Assembly (NCBI GenBank): GCA_020137815.1
Contig: CM035355.1
Span: 3,844,001-3,908,000, forward strand
Direction: 5' to 3'
Length of the DNA: 64,000 nucleotides
From: Hormiphora californensis
Lineage: Eukaryota; Animalia; Ctenophora
The notes beneath the pieces are model-generated. The model worked only from the letters and a program-made list of their open reading frames with translations. It ran no database searches and had not been told where the DNA came from. A program made the translations under genes and the position numbers. This document shows, one piece after another, positions 62,368-64,000 of the stretch. The first letter of the stretch is position 1. Each line of letters begins with the position of its first letter.

Positions 62368-63331
62368 CATAACACGTGATGTAACTTGTATCGTACGATC
62401 ACCTCATTAAGAGCCACAGCCGCAACTCTCTCTCTCCTCTTAATAGCTCTCCTCATCCCTCTCTTTTAACAGTCTAACTCTCCCCCTTCTTATTGCTGCC
62501 ATTCTCTCCCTGCACATATTGTATAGAGAACAGCAGGTTGACACGGACCAATGGGAGGTCAATACTCCAATCACGTGACCTCTAAGCAGTGTTAATTGTC
62601 TGGTTTCTAAGAGATCACGTGGTATGCTATTGTCCAATGAGAGATGGTCCTTTCATCGCCTCATGCCAGTGCTTTGCTAGCACATGTAGAGATTTAGAGA
62701 GTGGACTGATAGTAAGGGATGGGGTGATCGAGATCACCAGATAGTGGGCCCCTACCACAGAGGGTATAAGAAGCACCGGCAATCAGAGGTCAGACATCAG
62801 TTGTCCATTGGAGTTGTGGGACTAGCTGGACTGTACTTCTGCAAGTTACTACCCATTAGTAAACTATTATATACCCTGCTAACTTAAATAACCCGCCAGT
62901 CCCACTAGCGCGCTCTCAATAAACAGCCAGTCCAGCGGCAGATTATTTCCCACTGGCAGGTTATTTATTTTGAACATTCAAAGTGTGTGTAAATGATCAG
63001 TTCTTACTAAAATACAGAGGGAACACTATGTGCAACACTTACACACTACATTGGAGAGAAAGAAAGGACACATTCCGTCAATTACTCTCTCTTTATCTCC
63101 CCTTTTGTCTCACTATCTCTTCCTCTGTGTTATGTGTGACATGCCCCTTATCAGGCTATTTCTTTCACTCTCTTTCCTTAGCAACTGCTTAGTAACTGTT
63201 ACCAAACAGTGTACACTCAATTGTGAGGTGTTTTAACTATTTCTCAGTCCTCTTTGAGTGTTTTGATTAGTGTTCTCTCTCTTGTTGGTGTGTAATACTT
63301 GAAATAAACAACTAAAGCAGGGTATATAACC

Positions 63332-63519
63332 TATAAACTCTGACCACTGGCACGTTATAGGTTTAAACCCCTCCGCCTCTCCCTCGGCTCCGCCTCGGGA
63401 TCGTCGTCGTGATTTAAACCAGTTTATCCGCCAGCGGCGGATAAACTTCAGCTAACTTCTCCCAGCGGCGCGCTGGGAGAAAGTTATCTGAAATAACGCG
63501 CCAGTGGCCAGAGTTTATA
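63332..63519. mobile_element. ~190-bp MITE-like element
   Basis: tataaactctgaccactggcacgttat / ataacgcgccagtggccagagtttata. Confidence 0.65.
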
Positions 63520-63700
63520 CCTCATATATTTACAGTTGTTGTTCATCTTGAGTTACTGCCCAGTGACCAGTGTTGAATCATGAGCATACACATTATACTA
63601 TGACGAATATTATCCAGTAGTGTAATGTTAGCATCTCACAGGACAGTTCCTGTAGATTCTAATGTGTCTATCTCTCTTACTGTGTATCTGCTTCTATGTG

Positions 63701-63732
<32 letters not shown>

Positions 63733-64000
63733 CTCCCCCCTCTCTCTCACTAACTGCTTTGTAGGCTCTAGATTCGCTACAGCTGCAGCACACATACAGT
63801 TGCACACACACAAGCTCTTCGTAATTTCTTGTCCTATGCGAGCAGCAGCAGAGTCTGGCCTAGGTTTCTCTATCTTTCTCTATCTTTCTCTCTCTATCTC
63901 TCTATCTCTCTCTCTCTCTATCTCTCTCCCTTTCTCTGTTGAGATCTATTTCTGGAGCTCAGCAACTGCATCTCCCCTCACTAATTGTCTTTCATTTTTT

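Overview
Intron-rich eukaryotic (metazoan) genomic DNA, with GT-AG introns, CTAAC-like branch points, a (TTAGGG)n tract and many (GA)n microsatellites. The repeat style reminds me of pleurobrachiid ctenophores, but that is unverified inference. Spliced genes reconstructed by hand: the 3' part of an outer-arm axonemal dynein beta heavy chain (+, to 14829); histone H3.3 (+); a secreted tandem 2OG-Fe(II) oxygenase-like protein (-); a choline-phosphate cytidylyltransferase (PCYT1-like, +); TPGS1 (+); a secreted PAN-like/fascin beta-trefoil/aerolysin-type pore-forming protein (-); a Pro/Ala-rich ORF (-); a small stand-alone DUF4485 protein (-); and thymidine phosphorylase (-). The introns are packed with young non-autonomous mobile elements. 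These include a pol-less LTR element (PBS, PPT, 5-bp TSD), several foldback DNA elements with 8-9-bp, TTAA or TA target duplications, and nested insertions. The most unusual structures are: (i) a 4.9-kb cassette-like array of two unrelated units joined by variable GGTT(T)nAT ladders in TPGS1 intron 3; (ii) at least seven tandem duplications straddling splice junctions in five genes; (iii) splice acceptors directly upstream of most start codons, with operon-like PCYT1-TPGS1 spacing suggesting trans-splicing; and (iv) the lectin-aerolysin toxin-like gene. All coordinates were read by eye, and no database searches were run.
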